A stretch of 64,000 bases of DNA from Octopus vulgaris (GCA_951406725.2 OX597828.1:28768001-28832000); one strand, 5' to 3'. Positions 12,344 through 26,135 are shown, counted from the stretch's first letter. Numbers and translations are program-made. Notes: generated by a model not told the origin, from the sequence alone.

Positions 12344-13929
12344 TATTTCAAATCTATGTCATAGCCACTCCCAAAGGCTCGTTTTATATTCATTTTTGAT
12401 CTTGTTTCAGGGACTGGGGGTACTTCCATGAGGGGTTTAGTCAAGGAAATCTAACCCAGCACTTCGCTTTTCTTTCTTTCTTTTTGGAAGCTTTCTGTTG
12501 GTCTTATACAAAACAATACCGGCTGTTAAGTGGTGGTGAAGGGACACACACACACACACACGACGGGCTTCCGCGCAGTTTCCGCCTACCAAATTCGCCC
12601 TAAAGACTGCCCTGGGCTATAGCACAAGTCATTTCCCCAAGATGCTGTACAGTAAGACTGAACCTAGAACCACATGGTTACAGAGCAAGCTTCTAAATCA
12701 CAAAGTCATTTTTGCGCCTATAATTTTCCTTTCCGTAATTAAAAGCAAAAATTTAATTTAGAATAACTTTGAAATCTTTTTGTAAAAAAAGAAAAAAAAT
12801 TAAAACCATGAGTAATTCATCTCAGAGTTATTTCCCTTGTTTCTTCCGTCCTCGCTCGGTTCGTTCCATTTCCATACAGCACACACATACACACATCGTG
12901 ATTTCGTATTGTTGCTTGTGAGTCACAAAGCAGCAAACAACAGTAGTGGAAGAAGAACACAGAGGCAAACGGTTCTCAGTTATGATTTCCATGGTGGGGT
13001 GAGGGGCAGAAAAACAGCGACCATCTAAGTAGTCACCCAGTTTGCTAGAAATAACAGTCAAATCTACCTCAAATCACACTTTAAACAAGATTGAACCTAC
13101 ATAAGATAACAGAGTACTAGATAGCTAAAAATAAATACTGGGTGGTCACAGTAGGAATGTCTGATCAAGGCTGACATAGGTTATATAACAATAACAACTT
13201 TAGAATGTTTCTGTTTTTGTGTTGCGAGTTCGAACCTTGCAGCAGTCGGCTTTGCTTTTTATCTTTTCAGGGTAAGTTTCCGCAGAAATTTTCCACTGCT
13301 CCGATGATGGAGATTTGTAGAAGCGGTGGAGCACCGGTGAATCTCAATACGATTCCCCGGTTTGCTAGAAATAACAGTCAAATCTCTCCCAAGTGCACAC
13401 ACTCTCTCGCCTTGAAGAAAGGAAAGTCTATTTTGGATAATTAGTTCTTGACATGATTGTAAACCGATTTGATGGACATGGTCGGAAGGCATTTAAGCAT
13501 AGAATTGTTTTATTAGATACGACCTGGGATTAAACAATAATAATTTTGTCTTCCATACTCTTGGGTTCGGTTAAAATAAGTACCAGCTAAATACTGGTGT
13601 TGATATAATCGAATAACACACTCCCCACAAATTTCAGACGTGCCTATAGTAGGAAGGTGGCCCCGAGGTCGACTTTGCCTTTCGTCCTTCTGAAGTCGAT
13701 AAAATAAGTACCAGTTGAACACTCGGGTCGACAGTTTTATATTTAAGAGATGAGGAATTATGTACATTATTTACATTAACAACAGAATGAGGACAAATAT
13801 CCGTCAAATGTAAATAATGTAAATAATGTACTGGGGTCGACGTAATCGACTTACCTGCTCCCCGATATTGCTGGCCTAGTGCAAAAATTTGAAACCATTA
13901 CTACTAGATCATTATTATTATTATTATTA

Positions 13930-14183
13930 TCTATTTATCACAGGTTTTGTTGGAACCCCTGGAGTCTTGCATGCGTAGCGGGTTTACTACCTGCAGCCTA
14001 CGGTACCATGCTATTCGTTCTTTTCAACTATCTTAAAAAAATTCCTGATTGTTCTGGCCGTGCCAGGGAGGCAAAACTTTTGTAACAGTTCTGCTTGGCA
14101 CTCTATTCTGATTTCTTTTGTATCCCCCCTGATGCCATCTGATACTGTCCCCAAAGACCCAACAATAATTAGCACTATCTTCA
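13930..14183 (-). mobile_element. Short 5'-truncated 3' end of an R4/Dong-type LINE
   Basis: Diverged duplicate of ~14197-14455, bounded by (TTA)n on both sides. The minus strand encodes the IVLIIVGSLGTVS C-terminal RLE region. Confidence 0.8.
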
Positions 14184-14196
14184 TTATTATTATTAT

Positions 14197-14494
14197 TTCT
14201 TTTTATCGTAGGTTTTGTTGGAACTCCTGGAGCCTTGCATGCGTAGCGGGCTTACTACCTGCAGCCTTCGGTACCATGCTATCCGTTCTTTTCAGCTCTC
14301 TTATACTTTCTTGATTATTCTGGCCATGCTAAGGAGGTAAACCTTTTGTAACAGTTCTACTGGGCACTCTATTCCAATTTCCTTTATATCTTCCTTGATG
14401 CCTTCTGATACTGTTCCCAAGAACCCAACAATAATTGGCATTATCTTCACTGTCTTCATTTTCCATGGCCGGACTATTTCGTACTTAAGAGGGT

Positions 14495-14582
<88 letters not shown>

Positions 14583-17490
14583 CCTATCTATCTACTTTTT
14601 CGCCTTCCTTCTTAAATATTCGTGGGTCAAAGAGGCATGCAACATGAACTATATGGCACATGTGGTGCATCTTATCGACCACCACTAGGTCCAGTCTGTT
14701 ATGCTCTAGAACCTGATCTGTTTGGACTGGGAAATCCCAGAGGATTTTGCTAGTTTCCGACTCCACCATTCTCTGCGGTTTGTGTTCATACCCGTCTCGC
14801 CCCTTTCTAGCCCCCACTTTTCGCACAATTTCCAGTGTAACACTTTCGCTACCTGATCGTGTCGCCACAACTCGTAGTGGTTTAGGACAAGCCTATAGGG
14901 AATTCGTTCGTGGTATGGGTAATGATTTCATCCACTCTATTGCAGATGTAGCACAGCAGAGACACTTGCTCATTCCTAAGGTTGACCCTCCAGTTCGTGG
15001 CCAAAGCTTGGTCCTGCATTTCTAGTATAGTGCTCTCACTCTCTTTTTTAGGGTTCCTTTCATCAGCCAATCCCACCTATTTTCTCCAGCAACTTCTGTT
15101 GTGGTTACATGAAATTGTGTAGTCCCTTCTTGCGTAATTCTTCTTCATGTCCTTCTTATAATAATAATAATAATTGTGTACAGTGCTCAGGTGCACTACA
15201 ACTCATCTAAAGTGTATATATAATCAGGTGTAGTTTCGGCGGATTTCGGAAAGCATGAGGGCCTTAAAGGATGCAGTGTCATGGCAGTCAACAACTGACG
15301 CAGGCAGTTTATTCCATGCTTCAGCAACTCTGAACGTGAAAAAATGTTTCCGAAAGTCATGGGAGCTGTGTTGTTTTCTGACTTTGTAGGCATGTCCACG
15401 TGTGTTAGACACATGGAGATCAAAAAGGTGTTCAGTGTTGTTGTTGGTGAGGTGGTTGACAACTTTGTAGGCGTTTACCAAGTCCGTCGCCAGACGCCGG
15501 AGCTTCAGTGAATCCATGCCCAGGGGAACAAGGCGCTCAGAATATGGTAGGTGTCTGATGGAGGGTATGCGTTTGGTTGCACGTCTCTGGACAGATTCCA
15601 GGAGGTCAATGTTCTGAGCAAGATAGGGGTTCCAAACTGATGATGCGAATTCCAAGTGTGGTCGTACCATAGCTGTATACAGTTTTAAATAGATGGCTGG
15701 AGAGCGGCTAACAAAAGTCTTGCATGTCTTCCTTTGTTTTTCCTTTTTTCTCTGCTCTCAATACTCCCTCATTCCTAACAGTCACTAGTAAGGCTTCTTT
15801 ACTTTGAGCTAAGTATCTCATTGAGCTTTCGAGTTCGATACGCACGCACTCTTCCACACTTATCAATCCTCTTCCTCCATTTGCTCTCTTCATGTACAGG
15901 CGATCAGTGTTTCTGCACGTGGATGATGAGCTCCATGCATCGTTAAACGCTCTCTTGACTTCCTGTCCATTTCTTTTTGTTCCTTCTCTGTCCACTTCAA
16001 CATTCCAGCACCATACCAAACTACTGCGACTGCGCCCGAGTTTATTGCCGAAATTATATTTCCGGCATTTGCTTTTGAAGCTAATATTTTTCTCACTCGC
16101 CGCCGGTACTCTCTTTTTGTCTTTTCCTTCACATCATTGTGTTTAATTCCATCTGCCTCAAGTATTCCCATGTATTCATAGCCGGATTAGGGTCGAATTG
16201 CCTTCATCATTTCATCACTTGCCAACCATATACCTTCTGTTCTGAACAGCTTTACTCATCTCATCACTATCGTAGCATATTTCGAGAAAATATGGAGAAA
16301 ATCCGCACAGACTGGACTAGGCTGTCCAGTACTGCCTCAGATTTTGTGAATCGCTTCTGGTCGTCAATGAATAGCAAGTGGTTCAGTTTTCCCTTACCTC
16401 TTCCCACATAATACCCCAACTTTGTTTTCTGTAGTATTTCGCTCAACGGAATCATTTCCAGCACGAAGATCAGTGGCGACACACTGTCCCCACTGAAAGA
16501 TTCCTCTCTTGGTTTTCACCTCTCCTAATACTCGATTCTCTGCAGCCAATACCGTTTTCCAGCATGTTATGCTATTCCATAAGACTTCTCATATTCTCTG
16601 CTACTCTATACATTTCCATTGTTTTTATTATCCAGGAGGGTGGTATCATATCGTATGCTTTGCGATAGTCAAACCCATTCCGTGCTCAGGTTTGTGTCTT
16701 CTCTTACAGTTCCTGATAATTAGATTATCAGTTAAGAGCTGATCCTTCGTTCTAAATACCCCCTCGTCCCTAACTGTCACTAGCAAGCAGCCCACTGTTT
16801 TTCAGGTATCTATACAATTCACTGGCTCACGCACCTGACATTAGTTCCCATATTAGCGGAAGGCATGTTAGTGGTCTAAAGTTGGATGCAACATTTCCCT
16901 TTGCAGGATCCTTAGCACAGAATTTTGTCATTTGGCTGGGTACTCTGCCTTTCTGCAAGTACTCATCTAGCTGTTGCGCTATCATTTCATGGAACCCTCT
17001 CAGCTTCTTCATCCAATAATTTTTGTGGTTATCTTTATGTCTTCTTGGCCTTCTATATTTTTTAACCTATCTTGGATTTTATGTAGCCACTCCGCTTCAT
17101 CATTATGCTCAACAGGTTGGTCCCAGATCCCTCTCCAGAATGCTCTACTTTCCTCTGCATCTGGTATCATTGTTACGTGTAATTGCCCATCTAATTCCTG
17201 AAATAGTTTCTTCTGATTTTGCCTCAATTGTTTTGTTCTGTTGTCATATCTTTCCTGTTTTGCTTTGCTTTGTTTCTACTCTTTGTTTCAATTCTTCCAA
17301 TATCACATCATAACCTTTATCTCTTATTCTATATGTTCTTTCCAGCTTTCTTATGCTTTTGTTCTGCAATTCCCTTCTTCTCAATCTATCAATTTGTCCT
17401 GAATGTCTTTTTAACTTTGTTTCTCATAAATTCCTCTACACCAAAATGGTTCTTTACGTTCTCTTTGTTCTCTTCTTTTGTATCCAACAC
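14197..17490 (-). mobile_element. Decayed R4/Dong-clade non-LTR retrotransposon (RT, CCHC knuckle, restriction-like endonuclease)
   Basis: Fragments: ASNFRPLTCLPLIWELMS (RT), SPLIFVLEMIPLS...KLNHLLFIDDQK, RLYMKRANGGRGLISVEECV, LCYICNRVDEIITH and KILWDFPVQTDQVLEHNRLDLVVVDK (RLE). Multiple stops and frameshifts. Flanked by (TAA)n. Confidence 0.92.
15158..15717 (-). mobile_element. CR1/L2-group LINE 3' fragment nested in the Dong element
   Basis: ORF 15224-15670 VRPHLEFASSVWNPY...LESVQRRATKRI...YSERL...TRGHAYKV...RKHFFTFRVAEAWNKLP is the CR1 ORF2 C-terminus. It has a short 3' UTR and a (TTA)n tail. Confidence 0.92.
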
Positions 17491-17529
<39 letters not shown>

Positions 17530-17530
<1 letters not shown>

Positions 17531-18026
17531 GAGTGAGAGAGCAGCGCATGCCATCTAAATGACACTGGGGTAAAATATACGAAGCCCGGTATACCCATCA
17601 GGACTGCCTGTCTGATAAGGGTGCACCAGGCACATGCATCACGACCATATGTACACGACATGGTGATCTCATATCAAGATAAACAGCGCATGACTTTGCA
17701 GGTGGGGCCCGTTAGAATTTTCTTCGGGTTGTGTAGCTCATCCGACTCGGAAGGTCCCTGTATAAGGTTTAAGGATGTTGAACGAATCACAAATGTTTCC
17801 AGAGGTGAATTATTCAAACCCCAAAGAATTCCTCTCAACACATGGCTATAATGTTCCCCCCACTATTTCTGCTCGTGATCAGAGACGCACAAATCGTCAG
17901 CCACCAAGGGACATGCTCAACTGGTTATGGTCAAATAACTGACAAGCAATTTTGTGGTATTGAGTAGAATATTTGCTGTAGGCCATCTTTTATACCAAGA
18001 CAAAGCATGTACATGATAACACTTCC
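17530..18026 (-). mobile_element. Unclassified ~520-bp TAA-tailed retroposon, copy 1
   Basis: Homologous to 18041-18532 and 30791-31307. The minus strand ends CTCTCTCACTC(AAT)n. Confidence 0.8.
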
Positions 18027-18040
18027 ATTATTATTATTAT

Positions 18041-18531
18041 TGAGTGAGAGAGCAGTTCATGCCATCAAAGTGACACTGGGGTAAAATATACGAAGCCCAG
18101 TATACCCATCATGACTACCCGTCTGATAAGGGTACACCAGGCACATGCATCACAACCATATGTGCGCGACATGGTGATCTCATATCAAGATAAACAGCAC
18201 ATGACCTTGCAGGTGGAGCCCAGTTAGAATTTTCTTCAGATCGAGTAACCCATCCCGATCAAAAGGTTCCTGAATAAGGGTTGTTTAAGGACTTTGAACG
18301 AAACACCCATGTTTCCAGAGGTGAATTATTCAAACCCCAAAGAATCCCTCTCAACACATGGCTATGATGTTCCCCCACTATTTCTGCTCGTGATCAGAGA
18401 TGTACAAATCGTCAGCCACCAAGGGACATGCTCAACTGGTTAAGGTCAAATAACTGACAAGCAAATTTGTGGTATTGAGCAGAATACTTGCTGTAGCCCA
18501 TCTTTTATACCAATGTACATGATAACACTTC

Positions 18532-18532
<1 letters not shown>
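18041..18532 (-). mobile_element. Unclassified ~520-bp TAA-tailed retroposon, copy 2
   Basis: Tandem with copy 1, separated by (TTA)n. Confidence 0.8.
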
Positions 18533-18580
<48 letters not shown>

Positions 18581-19377
18581 TATTCACATTTCCTAGTGGT
18601 TCAGATGTTTAACTCACGATCGTGAGGTCGTGATTTCAATTCCTAGACCGGGTGTTGTGTTCTTGAGCAAAACGCATTGTTTCGCGATCACGACACCTGG
18701 CGCGTGTCACGTCGTGCGCTTATTCAGGCAAAAGTTCTTTTAATGGAAGAGGTGCTCTGATGTACAACACATACATTTGGTCACCATAATGAAATCATTT
18801 ATGCAGGTCGTGCAGCTAAAGCTGAACACTCATACGTCATGTCCGATGCGGAGTCTATTGTCATTATTATTATTATTATTATTAAGGCGGCAAGCTGGCA
18901 GAATCCCTAGCACACCGGACAAAATGCTTAGCGGAATTTCGTCCGTCTTTAATTCTTCCGAGGTCGACTTAGCTTTTCATCCTTTCGGGGTCAATTAAAT
19001 TTTAAGTACCAGTAAAACACTGGGGTCGATATAAACGACTAATCCGGGGTCAGGCAAACAGATAAATATATATCTCCCTAATCCACTAACAAGGCTTTGG
19101 TCAGCCCAAGGCTATAGTAGAAGGCACTTACCCAAAGTGCCACTGTGTGACATCTTCGGCGAGTATTCTGTACACATTTCCATATAAATGTGTGTATGTG
19201 TAGATTAAGTATTGAATACAATCATTATTCAAAATTTGTAGTTTTTACTAATAATTGTTCGCATATATGTACCACCCAAATATACTCACGTGCTATTTAT
19301 TTCAGATAAGTTTAAATAATGAATTTAGTGTATATATATCCACGCAGTGCGCGTATATGTATGCACACAATTGCACA

Positions 19378-19822
<445 letters not shown>

Positions 19823-20265
19823 CTGATGAAGAAATGAGACGATGGCGCTTGTAGTTAAGACGATCGCTTGGCAGTCATGTAGTTTTGGGTTCTGTCCCAC
19901 TGCGTGGTACCTTCGTCATGCTAATCCAGCAATGGCCGCGGACCGAACAATGCCCCTTGAGTGAATTTGACAGAAGGATACTGTACTGAAACTCTTCGTT
20001 TACTCACAAACAAATCTGTGTGTATGTTTGTGTGTGTGTCGTATTTCTGCTTGTCTTCACTGCTTGACATCCGGTGTTATTTTGTTTATGTCCGTGTAAC
20101 ATAGCATTTCGGCAAAAGGGACTTATAATAATAAGAAGTGGATTAAAATAAAAGAAATACTGGTGTCACATTTCTCCAACTAAACCTTTGGAGACGATGC
20201 CCCCAGCATGGCCATGATCGAGCGATTAAAACAAGTAAAAAATAAAAGAAAAAGGATAAAATATT

Positions 20266-20857
20266 GGAGAGAGAGAGAGAGGGCGAATGAGAGGGAGAGA
20301 GAGAGAGAGAAAGAAAGAGAAAGAGAGCGAGAGAGAGAGAAAGAATGAGAGTGAGAGAAAGAATGAGAGTGAGAGAAAGAAAGAGAGCGAGTGAAGAGGG
20401 AGAGAGAAAGAAAGAGAGTGAGTGAAGAGGGAGAGAGAAAGAAAGAGAGCGAGAGAGAGAGAAAGAATGAGAGTGAGAGAAAGAAAGAGAGCGAGTAAAA
20501 AGGGAGAGAGAAAGAAAGAGAGCGAGTGAAGAGAGAGAGAAAGAAAGAGAGCGAGAGAGAGAAAGAAAAAGAGCGAGTGAAGAGAGAGAGAGAGAAAGAA
20601 AGAGAGCGAGTGAAGAGAGAGAGAGAAAGAAAGGGAGCGAGAGAGAGAGAAAGAAAGGGAGCGAGAGAGAGAGAAAGAAAGAGAGCGAGAAAGAAAGAGA
20701 GCGAGAGAGAGAGAGAGAGAGAGAAAGAAAGAGAGCGAGAGAGAGAGAAAGAAAGAGAGCGAGTGAGAGAGAGAAAGGAAGAGAGCGAGTGAGAGAGTGA
20801 GAGAAAGAGAGCGAGAGAGTGAGAGAAAGAGCGAGTGAGAGAGTGAGAGCGAGAGGG
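20266..20857. repeat. GA-rich polypurine tract with GAGAGAGAAAGAAAGAGAGC-type higher-order units
   Basis: Directly visible. Confidence 0.95.
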
Positions 20858-21089
20858 ATGTGTTATGAATGACAAATTAGTAAAATAGAAACTTATGTTA
20901 CGACAGTTTCAGTTAAGGACGACGACGGCGACGACGACGTGGTCAGCGCTAATTCTATCGCCACCACCACCACCATCGCCTGCCACCACTTACAAGTCAC
21001 ACACCACGTATTAGTTACCACACGTTCCGACATTCTTTACTTGTGAAACACCTCCCCCTCTTCTACACCTTGTCACCACCACTCACCAC

Positions 21090-21426
21090 ACACACACACC
21101 CTAATATCACCGATATACTATCATACACCACGACCACAACCACAACCACCACGACCACATCACACACGTATACACACATCACACGACCCCCGCCACACAC
21201 ACACACACACACATTTGCCACACACGGTATACAAAGTCACAAGCCTTACTTACTCGCACACACACACACACACACACACATGTACATCAAACACATACGC
21301 GCACACCCTAATATCACCGATATACTATCATACACCACGACCACATCACACACGTATACACACATCACACGACCCCCGCCACACACACACATTTGCCACA
21401 CGCGGTATACAAAGTCACAAGCCTTA

Positions 21427-21473
<47 letters not shown>

Positions 21474-21525
21474 ACACACACAGACACACACACACGCAAA
21501 CACGTACATCAAACACATACGCACA
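21090..21525. repeat. Tandem duplication of ~205 bp in CA-rich DNA
   Basis: CACACCCTAATATCACCGATATACTATCATACACCACGACC...GGTATACAAAGTCACAAGCCTTACT occurs at ~21095 and ~21303. Confidence 0.9.
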
Positions 21526-21748
21526 CTCACAATTACATACCTCACATACGCATACACGTACGCCACACACACTTCACTCATCAGGCGTGCACACGTACGC
21601 ACACCTCACATAAACGCACACACACACACACACACACACACATTTATTTAACACTACGTTTCATTGATTTCCTGTTCAGTTATTTATTTTCCTAAAATAT
21701 TAATCTACCGTTAATTATCATCAACGCCATCGCCATCATTATCGTCTG

Positions 21749-21794
<46 letters not shown>

Positions 21795-22468
21795 CATCAC
21801 CACCACCACCACTATCACTACTGTTATCATTGCTATCACCATCATTATAATCATTATCATCAGTACTACTCCCACCACCACCATCATCATCAGCAGCATT
21901 GTTATAATCATTATCGCCACTCATTATTATTATCATTATTATTATTATTATTATTATTGCCACTATTATTGTTGTTGTTGTTGTTAGTTTGCGGGGGAGG
22001 TGGTATGGGTGTTGTGAATTTGACACCCCAGTGACGAAGTAACGAGTTGTGTGGAATCGAAGGTGCAATCTGCGAGAAAGTAGACAGCACACCTGTGAAT
22101 AGTTAGTAATTCCACAGTAAAGCAACGACCAATATGGAAATTAGATTTACATATTTGGCGGGGAAAATTCTATTGATGCTGAACAATATGGACGAGAAAA
22201 GAACTTGCATACACGACGGATCTATAGAATTACGCCAGTGTGTGATGTATGCAACTGTATGTGTGTGTAAATACTAAATACATGTATATGAAAGAGTGCG
22301 CATATATATATATATATATATATACATACATACACACACACACGCATATTCATGCAAACATACACACACACACACACAAGCACTACGCGCGCGCACGCAC
22401 ACATATACTCATGACACGCTACTAACCACACACTCGCAATAACCACACAGTATGTGCGTGCATGTGTG

Positions 22469-22862
22469 TGTGTGGTAAGTAGCTTGTTTACCAACCACAT
22501 GGTTCCGGGTTCAATCCCACGGCGTGGCACCTTGGGCAAGTGTCTTCTACTATAGCCTCGGGTCGACCAAAGCCTTGTGAGTGGATTTGGTAGACGGAAA
22601 CTGAAAGAAGCCCGTCGTATATATGTATATATGTAAATATGTGTGTGCGTGTTTGTTTGTGTGCCTGTGTTTGTCCCCCTAGCATTGCTTGACAACTGAT
22701 GATGGTGTGTTTATATCCCCGTCACCTAGCGGTTCGGCAAAAGAGACCGATAGAATAAGTACTGGGCTAACAAAGAATAAGTCCCGGGGTCGAGTTGCTC
22801 GATTAAAGGCGGTGCTCCAGCATGGCCGCAGTCAAAATGACTGAAACAAGTAAAAAGAAGAA
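22469..22862 (+). mobile_element. SINE family A
   Basis: Colinear with 2211-2628, lacking the first ~15 nt. Confidence 0.9.
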
Positions 22863-23999
22863 AAAAAGAAAAAGATATATATATATATATATATATGTGC
22901 GCGCGCGCGTGTGTGGGGCGGTTGGTTGGACAAACGACTAGTGCGGTGATGGTACCAACTTGTCTTCTGGTGTAAGTTCGAGTCACGTCGGACTCAACCT
23001 CTGCTATGTCGTCTTTCCGTGGTCGATGAATAAAGTACCAACCAAACAATGGCATTAACTACATTTATCTCGGAATTGGTTGCACAATATTGTGAGAGTT
23101 TTGAGGTAGAGCCTTATAACTTGTTCTTATCTAGTATGCTGCAAAACCGTCCAAGACACCAGACAGCGTGACCCAATCCTCCAATAACGATACACCATAT
23201 ATGAGGACATAAGAAAAAAAATAACAAAAGAAAAAAATAACGCACAGGCGTATTAGACGCACCCCAATTTCAACATCGAATATTCAGGAGAAAACAGTTT
23301 TAGAACATAAAAGCAGCGCTCCTCACCCTTATATGCACAAAAAACCAGTTTCATGCAAGACAATTTTCCCACAAACCGGGGGGGGGGGGTGTCTTGCGTA
23401 ATTCTTCTTCATGTCCTTCTTGCACGTCTTCCTTTGTTTTTCCTTTTTTCTCTGCTCTCAATACTCCCTCATTCCTAAGAAAATTTTCCCACAAACCGGG
23501 GGGTCATGTGCATAATAAAACACATTAAAGTGCATAATATATAATTTAATAATGCAAAAATAAGCTGCAGTCTGCAGTCAGTAACAGAGAAATAAAATTT
23601 TAAAACTTATTATTTCAGTGTGGCCAGGTACCAAACGATTCGGGGCCGTTACTGGTCTGCGACCCATTAGTTGGGTGTCCTTGCATTAAAGCACGTAATA
23701 TTCAAAGCAATCTATCAGTACGTCACACTACAGTAGAAAAAACCCCTTAGCAACAGCAGCAAACGGTTTAAAATAAAGAATAAGCAAGGAGAACACATGA
23801 AGATAAAGCAAGGATTCACGATTGTGAAAATATTCATCAGGGAGAAAATTAATTTATGGGATGTGTGTGTGTGTGTAAATTCGCATATAACACTCGGAGG
23901 GATTTTTTTTTGAGAAACTTGGAAATATGTGCATCATATATACTATCTATCAAATACTGTGTGTGTGTGTGTGTGCGTATACAAAATATAGAAATATAA

Positions 24000-24121
24000 T
24001 TAGATGTAACAAGGTACTAAATAAGCACCAGCTTTGGTAAAGATAGTCAAAATACTCCGAAGCCGTTTTTACTCCTATCTTTAGCAAAGCAGGTGTTTAT
24101 TTAGTACCCTGTTATATCTAA
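24000..24121. repeat. Imperfect inverted repeat (~48-bp arms)
   Basis: ATTAGATGTAACAAGGTACTAAATAAGCACCAGCTTTGGTAAAGATAG pairs with CTATCTTTAGCAAAGCAGGTGTTTATTTAGTACCCTGTTATATCTAAT. Confidence 0.9.
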
Positions 24122-24907
24122 TCATAATTTATATATATTAATTAATTTTGCCTATACGGCTTTTATGCTTGCGGCCACTATTTTTATGAATAATAATGTT
24201 CTTGATATATATATAAGAATTCATAAGGACCTCGAACCCACAAGAGCAAACAAGTCCCGGGTCGACCAAAGCTGTATATATATATATACTTAGAAAGGGA
24301 TGCGTGCGTTCCGTCATATAATATATTAATAAATAAAACATATGCATATATATGTACATATATGTACGTACCTACCTCTACATGTATATATACACGCATA
24401 TATGAGTACAGGACACAAAAAAACGTCAAACACAATGAGAAACGAAAACATAGACACAAACACAAGGAACGGACATTTTTCTTAAACAACAAAAAAAGAG
24501 TACAGGACAAATAACACAAGGAAAAAACCCCTTCTTCAGTCGCGATGGTTTCATCTACTCTACGTTTCGAAGGTGAAGGCGAGACGTATCTTCGATAAGA
24601 AACTTTCTTTCCTGCGAAAAGCAAATCAAATAAAATTTGAGATCTTTTTGCAGAGGGGTAAAATGGTATATATATATATATATGAAGCTACAGGATGTTG
24701 CTCAGGCGCTCAGTCTGTCCTTTAACATTGCATGATAACCCGTGTTGGTTTATTCGTGCCCCTGTAACAGTGTTTCGAATAAGTACCAAACTTTAAAAAA
24801 GAAAGAGTACGGGAGACGATTCGTTCGACTAAAACCCTTCAAGGAGGTGCTCCAGCATGGACGCAGTTAAACGACTGAAACAAGTGAAAGATAAAAGACA
24901 AAACACG

Positions 24908-25255
24908 TTGGTTCCGGGTTCAGTCCCACTGTGTGGCACCTTGGTCAAGTGTCTTTCACTATAGCCTCGGGCCGACCAAAGCCTTGTGAGTGGATTTGGT
25001 AGGCGGAAACTGAAAGAAGCCCGTCGTGTATATATGTGTGTGTGTGTTTATGTCTGTCTCCCCACTCTTCATTGCTTGACAACCGATGTTGGTGTGTTTA
25101 CGTATCCGTCACTCAGCGGTTCGGCAAAAAAGACCGATAACATAAGTACTAAGCTTACAAAGAATAAGTCCTGGGGTCGATTTATTCGACTAAAAAGGCA
25201 CGGCTCCAGCATGGCCGCAGTCAAATGACTGAAACAAGTAAAAGTATAAAAGAGT
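24908..25255 (+). mobile_element. SINE family A (5'-truncated), preceded by an older 3' fragment at ~24740-24900
   Basis: Colinear with 2211-2628. Confidence 0.85.
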
Positions 25256-25312
25256 ATATAAATGTTCTGAAAACTATTCACAGCCTTGGATTTTTTTTTT
25301 TATCTCATTCTA

Positions 25313-25343
<31 letters not shown>

Positions 25344-25879
25344 TTCCAGGTTGAGTATATTTGCTCTCCAGACAGTTTAAATCTATACTTGTGGTTGTAT
25401 CTACGTGGTTGGTTGTAGATTGTCTACGCATAAAGATAATAGTTTTAAATTCACTGGCATTTTAACTTAATAAGTACACCTTGTGTTTTGCGAAGTCTGT
25501 TTCGAGAGTGTATATAATTAAGTTCCATCCAAACTTCTTATATTTGTCCTCCGGCAGAAGACTGTTCTGCTTTATATTCAGCCCACCAATGATAAGAAAT
25601 CAAAAGCAGAAAACAATTCGTACGTGTTCCGGATGTGTATCTTTATTTTAAGATGTAAGCCTTGAGTTAGTTTTAATTTCGGCAAGTCTTCATAATATTA
25701 TGATAATTGATATTACCATTAGCAATTCGTTAGTTCTTCTCGTGCAAATCAACTCTGTATTTGGCGGAATTAATATAAACAAGATACCTTTATTCGATAT
25801 ACTAATTCATCAGTAAATATCTCAAACATATATGTACATATGGACAGACAGACAAATAGAAACACGCATCTCTCTCACA

Positions 25880-25911
<32 letters not shown>

Positions 25912-26080
25912 ATTTGTCCCTGACCCATCGCATTACAACCGATCTTGGTGTGTTCACACCCCCGTAACTTAGCGGTTCGGCATTAGAGTCCGATAGAATA
26001 AGTACCAGGTTTACAAAGAATAAGTCCAGGGGTCGATTTCTTCGACTGAAAAGCAGTCAAAATGAATGAAACAAGTAAAA

Positions 26081-26135
<55 letters not shown>

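Noticed and set aside
24530-24580. Permuted hammerhead (minus strand GAAACGUA...CUGAAGA)
   Set aside because: Core pieces are present, but helix I does not pair next to the core, so it was not counted.
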